This document shows positions 12,882 through 27,395 of a stretch of 64,000 nt of DNA, piece by piece. Positions within the stretch are counted from its first letter, which is position 1. Every line of letters begins with the position of its first letter. Source of the stretch: Octopus sinensis. Lineage: Eukaryota. The translations under genes were made by a program, and so were the position numbers. The stretch is taken from contig NC_043013.1 in NCBI RefSeq assembly GCF_006345805.1, forward strand, positions 32,364,001 through 32,428,000, written 5' to 3'. The notes beneath the pieces are model-generated. The model did no database searches. It was not told the DNA's origin and saw only the letters and a program-made list of their open reading frames with translations.

Positions 12882-13068
12882 AGGGCTGCGAGCTGGCGAT
12901 TTCGTTAGCACGCAGGGCGATATGCTTAGCTGTATTTCGTCTGCCGTTACGTTCTGTGTTCAAATTCCGCCGAAGTCGACTTTGTCTTTCATCCTTTCGG
13001 GATCGATTAAATAAGTACCGTGTTTGTCCTCTCTGTGTTTATCCTCCCTATGAACAATAAAGAAATAA
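12882..13068 (+). mobile_element. SINE family M copy
   Basis: GGCTGCGAGCTGGCG head through AATAAAGAAATA tail. Confidence 0.8.
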
Positions 13069-14173
13069 ATATGCATACTTTTGCGACTGATTTCCGTACA
13101 GTTTGCGCCTGTTAAATTCCATTCAGAAGGTATTGGTGATCGTGAGACTATGGTAGAAAACAATAGCCGAGAGTGCCTTACAGTGGGGTCGAACCCTGGA
13201 CTGTGCGTTTGTAAAGTAAACTTTGAATAACAGTCTTATCTGCTTTTCTTTACATCTATTTTACGTTATAACTTTGTTTATTTTCTGTTAGTTCTTATTT
13301 TAAACTTTCATTGTTATTGCAGTAAATTGGTATAGAGTAAAAAATGTCTAGTGTTATATCTTTAAGTTCACTGCATTTTGAGTTCAAATCCTGCTTTCTT
13401 TTTCTCTCCAGAAACAGATATCTGATTGCAGCGAACTAGCATCCTGTACTCATTAAAAAACTGATAGTCTACTGGAATAGTCAGTGGACGCAGATGTGCA
13501 ATACAACATGAAGCACAAATAAAAAAGATAGATCGATAGTAAAAAAAAAGTACCAGTTTTCTAATAAATTCGATCAATCACAATACTCCCCACCTCAGCC
13601 CCATTACAAACTAACATTCGTATCGTATCATATGGAACGAACCAAATTAATAAATATTATTCAAGTGCACGTATCAAGGCAACCGCCTACACGATCTTTT
13701 TAGCCAAAAATCAGTGAATCACTGATTGCTTAGTATACGCTGATTGCCAACATTTAACCATCTATGCATGTAACCACAGCAAGATCAGAATTGATATCAT
13801 GTACCAATAACGATATCGAATAAAAAAAGTTTGTCTTTAGAGAGAGATTCGATGCTGTGCGCATTACAAATTCAAGATGTGTTTGAATAGTTATTTGTAT
13901 TTTCAGTCAGGTATATATAATGATTAGGTGTAAATTCATACAACTACATATATACAGGCATATGTATATAGATATGTGCGCGTCTGTGGATGTGCGTTTG
14001 CGTGCATGCATACAGAGATTTTTTTTTGTCGACCATAGAAGCCCCAGTACGTTATCGTTCTGTATTTCACTGATTGATTAACTATATATTTTGACACAAC
14101 AGCGGCATCATGTTAAACGGCCATGTTGTGACAGAAACTTAAACTGACAGAGCAACAGAGAAACACACATACA

Positions 14174-14211
<38 letters not shown>

Positions 14212-15151
14212 TTCCACTGTAGGCACAAGACCTGAAATTTCGAGTCAAGGAATAGACGATTACATCGACCCCAGTGCTTGACTGGTACCTATTTCAGAGA
14301 CCTCGAAAACCGAAAGAAGTGTGTGGGGATCTATTGTAGGGACTCATTCTCTAAGACAGCCTTCTTGCTATTTAGATGGGGGTCAGTTATTGCCCGAGAT
14401 TTTCTAACGCTGTGTTAGACCAAAACCGGTTGTTGTTTTGTGTGTCTGTTGTTTTTTGTGTTTTGTTTTTTAGACGGCAGACAAATCCGAGTAACGCGTT
14501 TGCGTCAACTTTTACATGAATTGTGATGACGTGTCAAAAGTTATTGTAGGTAAAGCAGGAAATTTTATTTGTTTTTGTAAAACATTTCCTAACGAAGAAT
14601 GTGTTCTGAGAGAAATTATAAAGATTTTGATTACCGTATTTTTCCTAAAGCGAATTACGGTAGATTAAACTACATAATACTTCTTTTCCTATATGGGGAG
14701 CTATAATTGATGAGGAAGTTGGCGATATGTAATCGACTTTATCATCTAATCTGCTACGCTTAAGGGACTTATTGCATATAGGGTTAGTATCTGATGACGC
14801 TGAACCTATTTCGCTAGAAAATTTCTCATTAAAATGAAAAGATTTTAGATTAATCAGGAAAACGAGTTGTATCGAAAAAGTTAACTGCCTTGGAAGAGTA
14901 GACCAACCTAATGATGTATATGTATTTAAATATGTATATATACATATATTTTTAGGAAGATAATTACGTTTGCTCGTTAGCATTTATATACATGTTTTTT
15001 ACAATTATTTGTAACTCTCCGTGCTCTTGTCTCTATTTCTTTGTATTCGACAGTGTTTTCTTACACACTAGTCACTATATTCGTATGTGTGCGCGTATGT
15101 ATGTGTGTATGTGTGTAAATGTGTGTGTAAGTATATTTGGATAGAAAATAC

Positions 15152-15190
<39 letters not shown>

Positions 15191-15194
<4 letters not shown>

Positions 15195-15424
15195 TAGAAA
15201 AAAAACACCTTTTATCAATTCAAAATGAACGATTAAATAACACCATCTAGAAAATTACATATAATAGAAATATTAACATTAAAATAACAATGAAATGTCA
15301 AAGATTAAGTAAATTACAAAATAATTATTTTAATGTTAATATTTCTATTATATGTAATTTTCTAGATGGTGTAATTTAATTGTTCATTTTGAATTGATTA
15401 AAGGTGGGTTTTTTTTCTAATTTG
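15191..15424. mobile_element. AT-rich hairpin MITE embedded in (TA)n
   Basis: Arms of about 95 bp, e.g. ACACCATCTAGAAAATTACATATAATAGAAATATTAACATTAAAATAA pairs with TTATTTTAATGTTAATATTTCTATTATATGTAATTTTCTAGATGGTGT. Confidence 0.8.
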
Positions 15425-15485
<61 letters not shown>

Positions 15486-15606
15486 TGCGTGAAATTTGAT
15501 TTAGTATTTCTAAATTGAATTTTTTTTTCCTTGCAAGTTTTGGATTTTATTCCCTCCAATATTAATAATTATTATATATATATAGATAGATAGATAGATA
15601 TAGATG

Positions 15607-15644
<38 letters not shown>

Positions 15645-15859
15645 AATAAGAAAATGGAGGGGATCAATAGGTGGTTCATCAACTTTTAGACATTATATTA
15701 TGTCAACTTATTTATTTATTTACTAAAATGACAATTACAAGAATATACATACATGTATAACTTATGCTATACATATAAAATATATTAATATATAAAGATA
15801 ACAGTAATTATTAAAATATAACATGCAGGAATATAAACTGATACATGTGTATATATACG

Positions 15860-15921
<62 letters not shown>

Positions 15922-15922
<1 letters not shown>

Positions 15923-16109
15923 GGCATGATAGATCGTTAGCCACTATACACATTTTTTTCTCTCCTCGTTTTCTGTGTCCCTTTCTGTAGAAGAGCGTAG
16001 GCTCGAAACATAAAAGACTTTTTCTATTCCTGAGCGTTATACTAATACATCTGTTTGTTTTGTACACCACCTGTCTTCGTCTTTTGTTGTTTATTTCGTA
16101 AACTCTCCC

Positions 16110-16110
<1 letters not shown>
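15922..16110 (+). mobile_element. Short dispersed repeat (Penelope pLTR-like) with hammerhead-like motif
   Basis: CTTT-CTGTAGA-AGAGC-GTAG-GCTC-GAAAC-ATA-AAAG at 15981-16016. Homologous to 51270-51460 and 57960-58148. Confidence 0.7.
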
Positions 16111-16140
<30 letters not shown>

Positions 16141-17067
16141 AAACACTTAATTAAGCCTGTCTTCTGGTTGGAAATGTATTAACCTTTAAGCATTACATTA
16201 TTCCTTGATATTATAATGTGAGTGTGTGTGTGTGTAGAGATAGAGAGAGAGAGAGAGAGAGACATACAGGAGAAAATGGAGAGAGATAGAGAGCGTAAAT
16301 ATATATTTATGATATAGACACAGTGTACGAAATTGAGTTTGTGTGTTTATATGTTTATATATTCATACAAATATGTATATATACATGACAAGGGAACAAA
16401 ACGTTTTGTAACAAACGTCATTAGCTTACACCTGTTTCTGGCATTAGATGCAATGCACTCATATTTCAGGCTTATATATCACCTTATTGCCTCTTCGGAG
16501 CTTCAGAAATTAAGCTTATGTATATTGACTACTAACAGAAGGTTATAGGTATCGCTACGCCTAAGTGAAACACACACACACATACATACATACATACATG
16601 GGTAGACCTCATTATTTAGCTCTGCGATAGAAAGCGTTCTGTGGTTATCTCACCTGTCTTTCTTCTTGAATATAAAACATCTAGGTTTTCTTTACCTAAA
16701 TTATGCTTCCTATTACTCTTTAATATTCTTGTTGGAGAATATTAGAAAGTTTTGACTGCTGTTTCTGATACATCTAGCTCCCCACAACAGCATTTTTTGT
16801 GACTTGTCGAAAGTATGTGTTTTATGCACATATATTTTATAAAGGCGATTGGAGTAGGTGTATGTTATCGATTGAATAAACTTTAAATTGCTAATCATGC
16901 GCGCTTTTTGGTGTAAATGTACTGAACGGGCGTATCAGGAAAATTTACTCTAGTGGGCTAGGTGCAAAATATAGAGAAATGTAATTAAATGCTTTGTGCT
17001 AACATCAATAAATAGACACACACGTGCATAAAACATATATATTATATATATATGTAATATATAGAGA

Positions 17068-17211
17068 GTGGCTGTGTGGTAAGTAGCTTGCTTATCAACC
17101 ACATGGTTGATAAGCGTGACACCGTGGGCAAGTGTCTTCTACTATAGCCTCGGGCCGACCAAAGCCTTGTGAGTGGATTTGGTAGACGAAAACTGAAAGA
17201 AGCCCGTCATA

Positions 17212-17260
<49 letters not shown>

Positions 17261-17466
17261 ATCTATGCGTTTGTGTGTCTGTGTTTGTACCCCAAACATC
17301 GCTTGACAGCCGATGCTGGTGTGTTTACGTCCCCGTAACTTAGCAGTTCGGCAAAAGAGACCGATAGAATAAGTACTAGGCTTACAAAGTCCTAGGGTCT
17401 ATTTGTTCGACTAAAGGCGGTGCTCCAGCATGGCGACAGTCACATGACTGAAACAAGTAAAAGAGT

Positions 17467-17472
<6 letters not shown>
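17068..17472 (+). mobile_element. SINE family K copy
   Basis: Same head, body and tail as the 10380 copy, with internal (TA)n. Confidence 0.88.
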
Positions 17473-17520
<48 letters not shown>

Positions 17521-17523
17521 ATA

Positions 17524-18396
17524 TACGAGGTCTGATAGTAATGAAGCGAAAGTATGCAGAATAAAGTCGCTTGGCAAAGATTGATTTCGAACTCTGCTGT
17601 GCATGTGCACTGAATTTTAACGTTCTAGCTCACTTCTGCTGTTTACAGCAGTGCTTAGAAGGAAGGTGTGTAGCGTCTAATCGTCGCATTGACCATGACA
17701 AAGAAAGTTGTCATGGCGATACCTATTCAGAGGCCTATGCAAAGTTGCCGAAAGTGTATGGCGTGAAGTGTATGAGCCGCACACAAGTGTACGTGTGGTT
17801 CAGACGTTTCCAAGATGGCCGAAAAATGGCTGATATTGAAAAACGTTGTGGGAGAACAGTAACCAGTAGAACTGAGAAAAACATCGCGGATGTGCGTGCA
17901 GCTGTGAGGAAAAAATCGTTGAATCACTATCCGTGAGTTATCAGAGGATGTCCAGATTAGCTACGGTTCAGTTCAGTCCATTATCACTGAAGATTTGGGT
18001 ATGAGGTGGTTGTCTGCCAAGTTTGTGTGCCAAAACTGCTTTCAGCTGACCGAAAAGACACCCAGGATTCAGTTGTACAAGATCTACCAGGCTGTGTCGA
18101 GAACGATGAAAGCCTACTGAAAACTTTGCATGGGCCTCTGAGCAGGTATCACCAAGGTTTTTGCAAAAGTTGATGCAGATTCTCTACTTAACTTTTTCTG
18201 TCCTGGTCAATGAACGATCACACGCTACGCACGTTACTTCAAGCACTGCTGTAAGCCGTGGAAGTGAGCTAGAACGTTAAAACTTAGTATACATTCACAG
18301 CAGAGTTCAAGGTCAATCTGCGCCAAACCGCTTTACTCTGAGTGCTTTAACTTTGTTACTATGGAAAGTCCGGATACTTATTGATCAAACTACGTA
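17524..18396 (+). mobile_element. Internally deleted mariner element with long inverted ends and the N-terminal HTH coding remnant
   Basis: Ends TACGAGGTCTGAT / ATCAAACTACGTA. Inner inverted block TTTTAACGTTCTAGCTCACTTC / GAAGTGAGCTAGAACGTTAAAA. Translation VYG..CMSRTQVYVWFRRFQDGR..R.GR..S..TIRELSEDVQISYGSVQSIITEDLGMR..AKFV. No DDD catalytic domain seen. Confidence 0.85.
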
Positions 18397-18410
18397 TACA
18401 CACACACACG

Positions 18411-18501
<91 letters not shown>

Positions 18502-20459
18502 AATGCAAATTGCTTTACCGACCCCGGGACATTCTAAGAAAAATTCTATTCCGATGAGATTAGAATATAGAATAAGAAGGAATGAAACTAAAAACAACTT
18601 CAATGTACCTAATGGACCTGTTTGCTTTTCGCATTTCTACCTTCTTTCTTTCTTTCTTTGCGGATAAACGTTCGGTGTAAACGAGTGGATATATCTTAGC
18701 GACTCAGCAAGATCGTCTTTAATCTTTCAAGCAAGGGTTTTTGTTTGTGTGTGTTTTTTTTTTGTTTTTGTTTTTTTTTTCATGAACTTAAAATAATTGT
18801 ATGTTTAGAGTAAAAGATCTAAACCATTGAATTCGCTCTTCTGGAAAACTTTGATATTTTCCCCTGTGGTATGAGTGAGAGAAGAAAATTCTCGAATTAA
18901 TCACTCCAGTTCCTGAGTGAAATTAGAGTGAGTTCGCAATTTTATTACCTTAAGAAAAAGTCTACAAAACGATAAAAAAGAAAACGAGAAACAACAGAAA
19001 TTTTAATTGAATGTCAAGTACATGAATAGTAATAGCTGTCATATATGGAGGAACAGGTGCATTAGCAATAACAACAAATGCTATTCATATCTGCGGTGTT
19101 CAGTGAGTTTTAATGAAAAAACTTGCTCCAGGAGCATTGCTTTTAAAACGAAGGCGCCTGTTTTTATTCAAGTTTGGATTAGATCAAATTCCACTAGACG
19201 GGAGTAATTATGCTAGAAGTAGAAACAGTAATTCCTACTGTGTAATTATTTTCTATGTATTTTTTTCTTTAAAAACATATATTGATCTTTTACATAATCA
19301 CATTCAAGAAGCATCGTAGAGTTGAGTGAAAAGACTAAAATTCTGAATCTAATTTCGACTTATTTTACTTAGCTTCGGAAATGTATAAATATTAGCATTT
19401 TCCTTTTTCTTCACTGCATAAAACTAATAGAAGAACATTTTTTTTTTGTTTTTTTTTTTTTGTCTGAGGAGGATTACGTCCGAAGGAGAAAAATTGGTAT
19501 TTTCATACACATTCGATGCTTACACAGTCTGTTTATAAAATGTTGTCACATTCGAAAGCTGTTATTTAGTATTAAAATTTATTACTAATGCGATCAGGGT
19601 TTGTTTAGCTTCATGGTTTGTAGTGTAATGGCGGAAAACGACAGCAGAAAAGGAAGCAAACGGGAGAAAGAAATACAGAGACCTTACCTATTGACCTAGG
19701 CGGGATGAGTGATCACTGTCAAGAAATAAACACGTCCTTGCACGCTGCCGTCTCTCGTCGAACTGCCCGCACGTGCTTCCTGCCCACGCATGCCCCGTGG
19801 TTGTTCCACCGGCCCCTGCAGTCTTCACTTCCGTCTACCTCATCTGCAATCCTCTCCACCAACACCACATAGCTCATCACATCCCATAACACCACAAACA
19901 CCACATGGTTAAAGCACTCAACCGATAACTGAGTGCTACGGCTTAGATTCCTCTAGCGTATCTTCTGGCAACTTTTCTTTTTATCCCCCATCCTTCTCTG
20001 CTATTCTTACTGTTTTACTGCGCTCGAAATTTATTTTATTTTCTGCCAAATACCGACTACATTCGACGCTTTCAAAGTTTGTTTATGAAATGCTGCCGCA
20101 TAGTCATTTTGTTTTAACTAGCTTATATGAGATAGCCAATATTTTTCTAATGTTTTATCGCTGTTTACAGGATCGATGAAATAGGTACCAGCTGAGCACT
20201 GGGATCGATGTAGTCAACTTTCCCCTTCATCCGAAACTATTGTTCTTGTACCAAAATTCGTGAACAATCGTCGGTGGTTACATGTTTTCATTAATTATCC
20301 GCTCATTGCACTCTGGTGGTGAGATTGGTGAACACGTTTCTAACCCAGTGTAAAGAACACTATCACAAGGAATTTCATTCGCAAAACACTTCCTTTACAG
20401 TATCACCGAATTATACTCCCATACACAGAGACATGCATACATATGATCATGCGTCTGTA

Positions 20460-20490
<31 letters not shown>

Positions 20491-20502
20491 TATTATATAT
20501 AT

Positions 20503-20554
<52 letters not shown>

Positions 20555-20653
20555 GGTGATTAAAACTTAATGGCCAGCTTGTAAGGAAACTGGAATTGAA
20601 ATAACTTTGTTTTTAACATAGAGTTGGATTTTATTTTTTTAAGCTTTCGTTCG

Positions 20654-22530
20654 TTACAAGGTCCTTAGACCACTGAAAACGTAAGAGCTGCTAGAATAAA
20701 ATGGACGATAAACATAAGTCAATAGGTGACGATGTACTTTAGACTTCAAAGACTGGATGCCACATTGAAGATGAAAACAAGCCTGTGGAAGAGAATTATA
20801 AAGTTCAGAAGTGAGAGGGAAGAAACTGGTACTGTAAAGTGTTTTACGACACTTTGGAGGTTGCACAGAACTCTGATGAGAAGTGGATGCAAGTCTAGTT
20901 GATTGCTGATAAGTTATTAAAGGAGGAACCAGAGACGGGAGCTCAGCTGAACAATGTCCATGAAAATACTTATAGAAAAGAGACAAGGAAACCACGCGAC
21001 GATGATGAGTGAGTAAATCTAATTTAGAAGATAGATTAGGACCAATAGTATTACAAATACAGAATTGAATGCAGTCCAACAGAATTAAACAATCTGCAGG
21101 AGCGCCTGCTCCTGCATGACAACAGTACTCAATTCGGGAGCGAATGGTGAACTTATAAAGATAAAGAATAATCTCAGGAGTGAAATAACTCCTCAAACGA
21201 AGGAGTGATCCTACTTTCATTGCAGCCTATTTGGCAATAGATTCAGTGTAAGCCCACCAAGAAAAATCATTACAGAAAGTCACTACTAAGAGACAAAGGT
21301 AAGTCAATACCATCCATCGAAACCGATGGCAAGAAAGGATGTCTGGAGCGGTTAATTGAAATAAGTTTAGTTTTCGATGGATTAAACGTTACAAGTCATT
21401 CCTACCCCACTCAACAATAGATCGAAGATCATTCTCAAGGTTAGCAGCGATCTCAACCTTATTAGACATGTCATCAGATTTGTCCAAACAAGAGTACAAA
21501 GTAGAGCCACCAGCATATTTTGCTAGCTGACAGATGATATGATCAGGTAGATCATTGATAAAAAGAAGAGAGTTGGGCCCAGGACAGATCCTTGAGGAAA
21601 CCCAGCATTAATAGAATAACTAGATGAAGATTGACTATCAAGAACAACCTTGATCCTACGGTCATAAAGGAAAGAGGGGATATGTTCAGTATGAAACCTG
21701 ACACACCAAGGGATTGGAGTTTTCATAGAAATTCAGCATGCCAAACCCTATCAAATACCTGAGAGATATCAAGAGTAACTACCCTAGCTTGACCATATAC
21801 ATTCAAGGCACGATAAACACGCTCGGATATATCAGCGAGAAGATCAGCAATAGACCGTACGGCACGGAAACCGTATTGAAGAGTCGGAGAATAAACAATT
21901 TGAGTCTAGATATTTTACAAGAGAGTCATTAATCAAGGACTCAAAAACCTTACTGATGATTAGTAGTAAACTAATTGGTCCATAATTACGAGGATTATAT
22001 CGATCACCACTGTTTATAAAGACGAGAACAACAGTTGAGAATTTCCATAAAGAAGGAAAACAAGATTCTGAGATACACTTTCGGAAGAGCCTAGATAAGA
22101 CAGAAGACAACCCAGGAGAGCACTTCTGAAGAGCAGTGACTGGAATACCATCAGGTCCAGTTGCTTTACTAGGATCCAACTGTGTCAAAATGGCTGCAAA
22201 CTTAGCAGAAGTAATATGACTACTGCGTGACAATTTATCAGTTTTGAGTAAAGCATTAAGAAGTGTATGACCGGAGCCGTCGAGAATTGAGTGAGAACTA
22301 AACAGCTGAGCAAAGAGCTCTGCTTTATCATTAGATGTTGTCAGGACCTCAGGTCCGTTGAATAAAGGAGGAATAGAAGACTTATTGTTACCTCTAACAC
22401 TTTTAATAATTCTCCAGAAATCACGCGAGCCTACTTTCTGGGATGATAAACGACGATTGTGAATGTGCTGCTCGTAGTCTGGTTTAACATCACGAATGAC
22501 AACCCAATAGTGATTACACAAACTATAAGG
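20654..22530 (-). pseudogene. CR1/Jockey-group LINE ORF2 (RT), fragmented
   Basis: ORFs 21844-, 21523- and 20654- give KATGPDGIP, NPRNYGPISLL..ISKVFE, GFPQGSVLGPTLF, a degenerate YAGG for YADD, and LYLYK..IR..IEYC. Multiple frameshifts. Confidence 0.9.
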
Positions 22531-22547
22531 AAGCTGAATATTGGCTA

Positions 22548-22925
22548 GCGCAATGGCTCAGTGGTTAGGGCAGCGGACTCGCGGTCGTAGGATTGCGGTT
22601 TCGATTCCCAGACGGGGTGTTGTGAGTGTTTATTGAGCGAAAACACCTAAAGCTCCACGAGGCTCCGGCAGGGGATGGTGGTGATCCCTGCTGTACTCTT
22701 TCACCACAACTTTCTCTCACTCTTACTTCCTGTTTCTGTTGTACCTGTATTTCAAAGGGCCGGCCTTGTCACTCTCTGTGTCACGCTGAATATCCCCGAG
22801 AATTACGTTAAGGGTACACGTGTCTGTGGAGTGCTCAGCCACTTACACGTTAATTTCACGAGCAAGCTGTTCCGTTGATCGGATCAACCGGAACCCTCGT
22901 CGTCGTAACCGACGGAGTGCTTCCA
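22548..22925 (+). mobile_element. SINE family R copy
   Basis: Near-identical to the 5086 and 7466 copies. Confidence 0.9.
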
Positions 22926-23539
22926 CATATAATGTACATATTCCAGTGCGTTCATACATCGTCCTCATTTCCACTCTTTCGCCCCCCACATATCTCTTGG
23001 AGTCCACCTACAACCTTTTTCCAATTAGTCTGGCTATCTTTCTTTCTGCTCTGTTGCTTTTGTTTGATACTGCTCACAATTAACCTGTAAATCTCTCACC
23101 CTTACTCTGTTTTTGTGTTTATATTTTGCTCTGTATCAACCAAGCAAAGTAAACAGACAAAACAGCTGAATTTTAGGCAAATTCATTTTTTTTCTATTTC
23201 CTTACACTTATATGAACATACAGTATCTCCTATGAGAATTCACATTTTTACTGTGTATACACATACATAGTTAGTATGGATTTTGGTTTCATTAAGAATG
23301 AACTGTTTTTAGTGTTTCATGAATAAATAATTCGATTTGTCATACTTGATCGTTGATGTAAAATACATATTTTTCTTGCTATATTATTAACTCTACGGAG
23401 TCACGGTGAAGTTTTACATGTCAATGAATAAACCAATTTTGATAAATATTTCATATTTTACTTTGACATTTCATACATATTTCATATTTTGACACTGATT
23501 TATTTATGCAAAAAAATTGAATTGTTTTTACAATACCCA

Positions 23540-24442
23540 AATGGGCGTGTAGAGTTAAGAAAGAACTAAAAAATGACTGCTGTACACTTTTGTAACAGAA
23601 ATTTTGTGAACTGGATAAAATGTTATCACGGTTCGATGTGATGCATGGAGGTAGGTGGGGTATTCAATACCATTTTCTATCTCAGGGGCAAATGTGAGTG
23701 TTGTTGCTTAATTCACCATGATCTGATACTTCTATTAAAAATCAGAAATAATGGAATTGATATTTTTCGTTCTTGCTAAAGTTAATTTTTTTGCTTCAGT
23801 TTCGAAGCATTTTATTTACTCTTCGTCAAAGCTGATAAGAAAAGATTTTGAGCATTAGTTTTTTTTTTCTCAAAACTTTTTGAGGCCAGTGTAAAACCGT
23901 AATGTAACAACCCAGTGATTAAATTTTAGTTTGCTACAGACCCAGTACTGGCGAATTTTATGAACAAAATATGTTTAAATGGAACTTTTCGTTATTCGAT
24001 GCTACGTTCTTGATTACTGGATAACAATCGATTTTTTGGATAAGCACATTCCTCCAGATGAGATGGCTAAGAACTTGACTAATGTGTTTCTTACAACCAT
24101 TGAGATTTATGAGTTGATGGAAAAAGTTGCTGGATTTCCTTACAACTTCAAATTAAATTTTGACAGCATAAAGTGAAAAGACCTCAAAAGTGCTAAAAGC
24201 CTCAACTGTCTCCAAACAGCTTTTTATCTTTTACTTGTTTCGGTCATTCCACTGCGGTCATGCTAGGTACCACTTGAAGGATTTTTTAATCGAACGAGTC
24301 GACCCCAGGACCTTTTTTTAGCCTAGTATTTATTCTATCGGGCTCTTCTGCCGAACCGCTAAATTACGGGGACATAAAGAAATCAACTCCGGTTGTCAAG
24401 CGGTGATGGGAGAGGGACAAACACAGACTAAAAGATACTCAC

Positions 24443-24513
<71 letters not shown>

Positions 24514-25655
24514 CATATATACATATATATACGACGGGTTTCTTTCAGTTTTCGTCCACCAAATCCATTTACAAGTAGAAGAAACTTGCCTAAGGTTCCA
24601 CGCAATGGGACTGAACCTGAATTATGTGGTTGGAAAGCGTCCTTCCCTAATACACGACCACGCTTGCGCCTATAGCTGTCAATTCATAATAATGGATTTC
24701 GAAGCATTTATTGTACAAATTTCCAAATATTTTCATATACACTCTTCGTTAAACATTGTTAAAAGGATTTTGTGACTTTGCCAGAATGGAATACAAAAAG
24801 ATATCACAGCATAATAATATCAGAATCACTTCATCCGGACAACCGTTGAAAGAATTCTTTCTATTTTTACTGGCTTGAAATCTTACTTTTGTTCCTATTT
24901 GCTCTGCTCGGAATCGATAAAAAAATTCTTTGATTTGGCGAAATACATTTCCGGTTTGTATATGAACAGCTCAGTGTTATCAACAATTCGATTCAAGGAT
25001 TTGATTGAAAAGGAAAGTACTAAGCATCATATATTAAACTAGAAACACGAAACGTGAGCACAAATATAGAACAAAAGAAGAACTGTATTTGTGTTTCGAA
25101 GAGCAAAGGGCTTGCTGAGAAAGTTTGAGGAAATTGGTGAAGGCGTTGAAAAGTTTAAGAGTTAAAAAATTTTCATGACGTATGAAAAGAAAACTTTGAG
25201 TGGTTAAAATCTGGAGGAATATCTTGAGTCAGAACTGAGAGCCTGTAGTTATAATCAATCAGTGAATTGCAACACAAGTAATAAACATTACAGAATTATT
25301 TCAAGATATTATTGCAAAAACCTCCTGGGTTTCCAGGACAGAAGTTTGGGAAAGACAAAGCAATAAATTAAAGTAAAAAATGCTTTTGATCATTGCAAAG
25401 AAATACATATTTTCTTTAAAAAGTAAACTAGCATACTGCTGAATATATTTTTGGCTTCCTGGAATTTCTGAAGAGTTAAACATCTGTTTCTTTAGTAAGC
25501 AATATGTGGTCGAGATGGGCAATACAGTAGAAACACAGCAAGGGCCCTTCTGACTACCAAAATAAATATCTCATTAAATGACTCAGAATTGTTTGAGGGA
25601 ATTCAAAATGACAATGAATTTCTTAGGAAAGTAGTTTCAAGTGAAAAAACATAAA
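23540..25655 (+). pseudogene. Highly decayed hAT transposase, interrupted by a SINE
   Basis: Patchwork manual translation: FDVMHGG..IQYH (Zn-finger-like); ISKYFHI..GFCDFARMEYKKISQH..R; VERILSIFTGLKSYF; AEYIF.LPG; C-terminal FLRKVVSSEK*. Many stops and frameshifts. Confidence 0.65.
24225..24672 (-). mobile_element. SINE family K copy
   Basis: CTTTTACTTGTTTCGGTCATT tail through the head, on the minus strand. Confidence 0.82.
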
Positions 25656-25785
25656 AGTACAGGTAACCGAATGAAATATTAAATGGCAATAACAATATGT
25701 ATTTTATTTATTATCAAATTCCTCTGTTGTACCTGACAATATTTTACATGCGCGCGCTGTTTTTATTGTCCTTCTCTTTCTTTCT

Positions 25786-25868
<83 letters not shown>

Positions 25869-26419
25869 GTGCATACACAGACACATGCATACAGGTTCTC
25901 GCACACACTCATTCTCTCATCTTATGTGTTGCTTTCACCGCGTATGTTCTCTCAGTTAACACATATTACTTCTTCCATGTAATGAAATCATGCCATTTTG
26001 TTCATACATTTGCAGCAAAAATTCTCCATACCATCCAACGACACATACCTAGTGACAAAAGACGCTGGCCCTTGTTTAATACCTGACCGAATAACAATCC
26101 TCGATGACAATTTCAGTCCTCTTGTTTTCAACTACTAATTCTCAGTTTTAACTCCCATAGCTCACGCTTTCAGATGAAAATTACGTTAAGCCTATACTTA
26201 CATACAAATGGTGACAGACAGACAGACAGACAGACAGACAGATAGGGGAGCGAGGGAGCGAGGGAGCGAGGGAGAGAGGGAGGGGAGCAGAGAGAGAGGG
26301 AAAGAAACGTGAAGCATGAATTTGGTATTTCTTTATTTTATCTATTACGTATGTTTCCGTATTCCATAATTGATGATGTCCTATTATAAATGCAATTTGT
26401 AGAATATTCTTTCATTTTT

Positions 26420-26599
26420 TAAACTTGTTTTAAACTTGCATGAGCACCACCTTTAGTCGAACAAATCGACCTCAGGGCTTATTCTTTGTAAGCCCAGTAC
26501 TTATTCTATCGGTCTCTTTTTGCCGAACCACTACGTTTCGGGGACGTAAACACACCAACAGCAGTTGTCCAGCGATGATAGGGACAAACACAGACAAAT

Positions 26600-26649
<50 letters not shown>

Positions 26650-26818
26650 ATATATATATATATTCGACGGGCTTCTTTTCTGTCTACAAAATCCACTCAC
26701 AAGGCTTTGGACGGCCCGAGGCTAGAGTAGAAGACACTTGCCCAAGGTGCCATGCAGTAGGAATGAACCCAGAGCCATGTGGTTGGGAAGCAGACTTCTT
26801 ACCACACAGCCACGCCGC
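26420..26818 (-). mobile_element. SINE family K copy
   Basis: Family body and head on the minus strand, internal (TA)n. Confidence 0.82.
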
Positions 26819-27144
26819 TTTTTGTAAATTGCATATAAGATTTGTAATCATCAGTTACCGAACACAGAAACATGTGTAATTAATGAAATAAAGAATATCA
26901 GATTCATACCTCATGTTTTTCTCACATATCTTTGCTCTTTCTATAATGATATAGCCCTGTTCGGACCGAGTAGAAGCCTATGAGATCATGCAGCGGGAGA
27001 TTAACGTTATTACTATTAACAGGTGCAACGAAAACAGTAATTACGTCGTGCACCTAGCGCATCCTCCGCACTATATGTATAAATAGCTAAATAGGTAGAT
27101 ATATGTATATTGGTTTTCTAAAATATAAAAAAGCATAAAGAAGA

Positions 27145-27395
27145 AGTGTTTCTTTCTCGAGCAATGCCAGGCTCATAAGGGCCGGTTCCCCGGTTTCAGA
27201 GGCGTATAAATTCTCTACCTGGACGGGACGCCGGTCCATCGCAGGATCACTCACTTTTACTCGCTGAGGGAAATGGAGCAACATGAAATGAAGTGTTTTG
27301 CTCAAGAACACAACGCATCTCCCGGTCGAGGAATCGAAACCACAATCTTACAATCATGAGTCCAACACCCAAACCACTAAGCCACGGGCTTCCAC
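27145..27395 (-). mobile_element. tRNA-derived SINE related to family R, with a different tail
   Basis: AAGTGTTTTGCTCAAGAACACAACGCA..GGAATCGAAACC..AACCACTAAGCCA reads as A and B boxes on the minus strand. Related copy at about 55535-55830. Confidence 0.7.

Noticed and set aside
14645-14983. 112-aa minus-strand ORF as a host exon
   Set aside because: No recognisable domain or convincing splice pair; left unassigned.
19680-19905. GC-rich patch, possibly an LTR-element or promoter fragment
   Set aside because: No motif, terminus or partner copy could be identified by eye.
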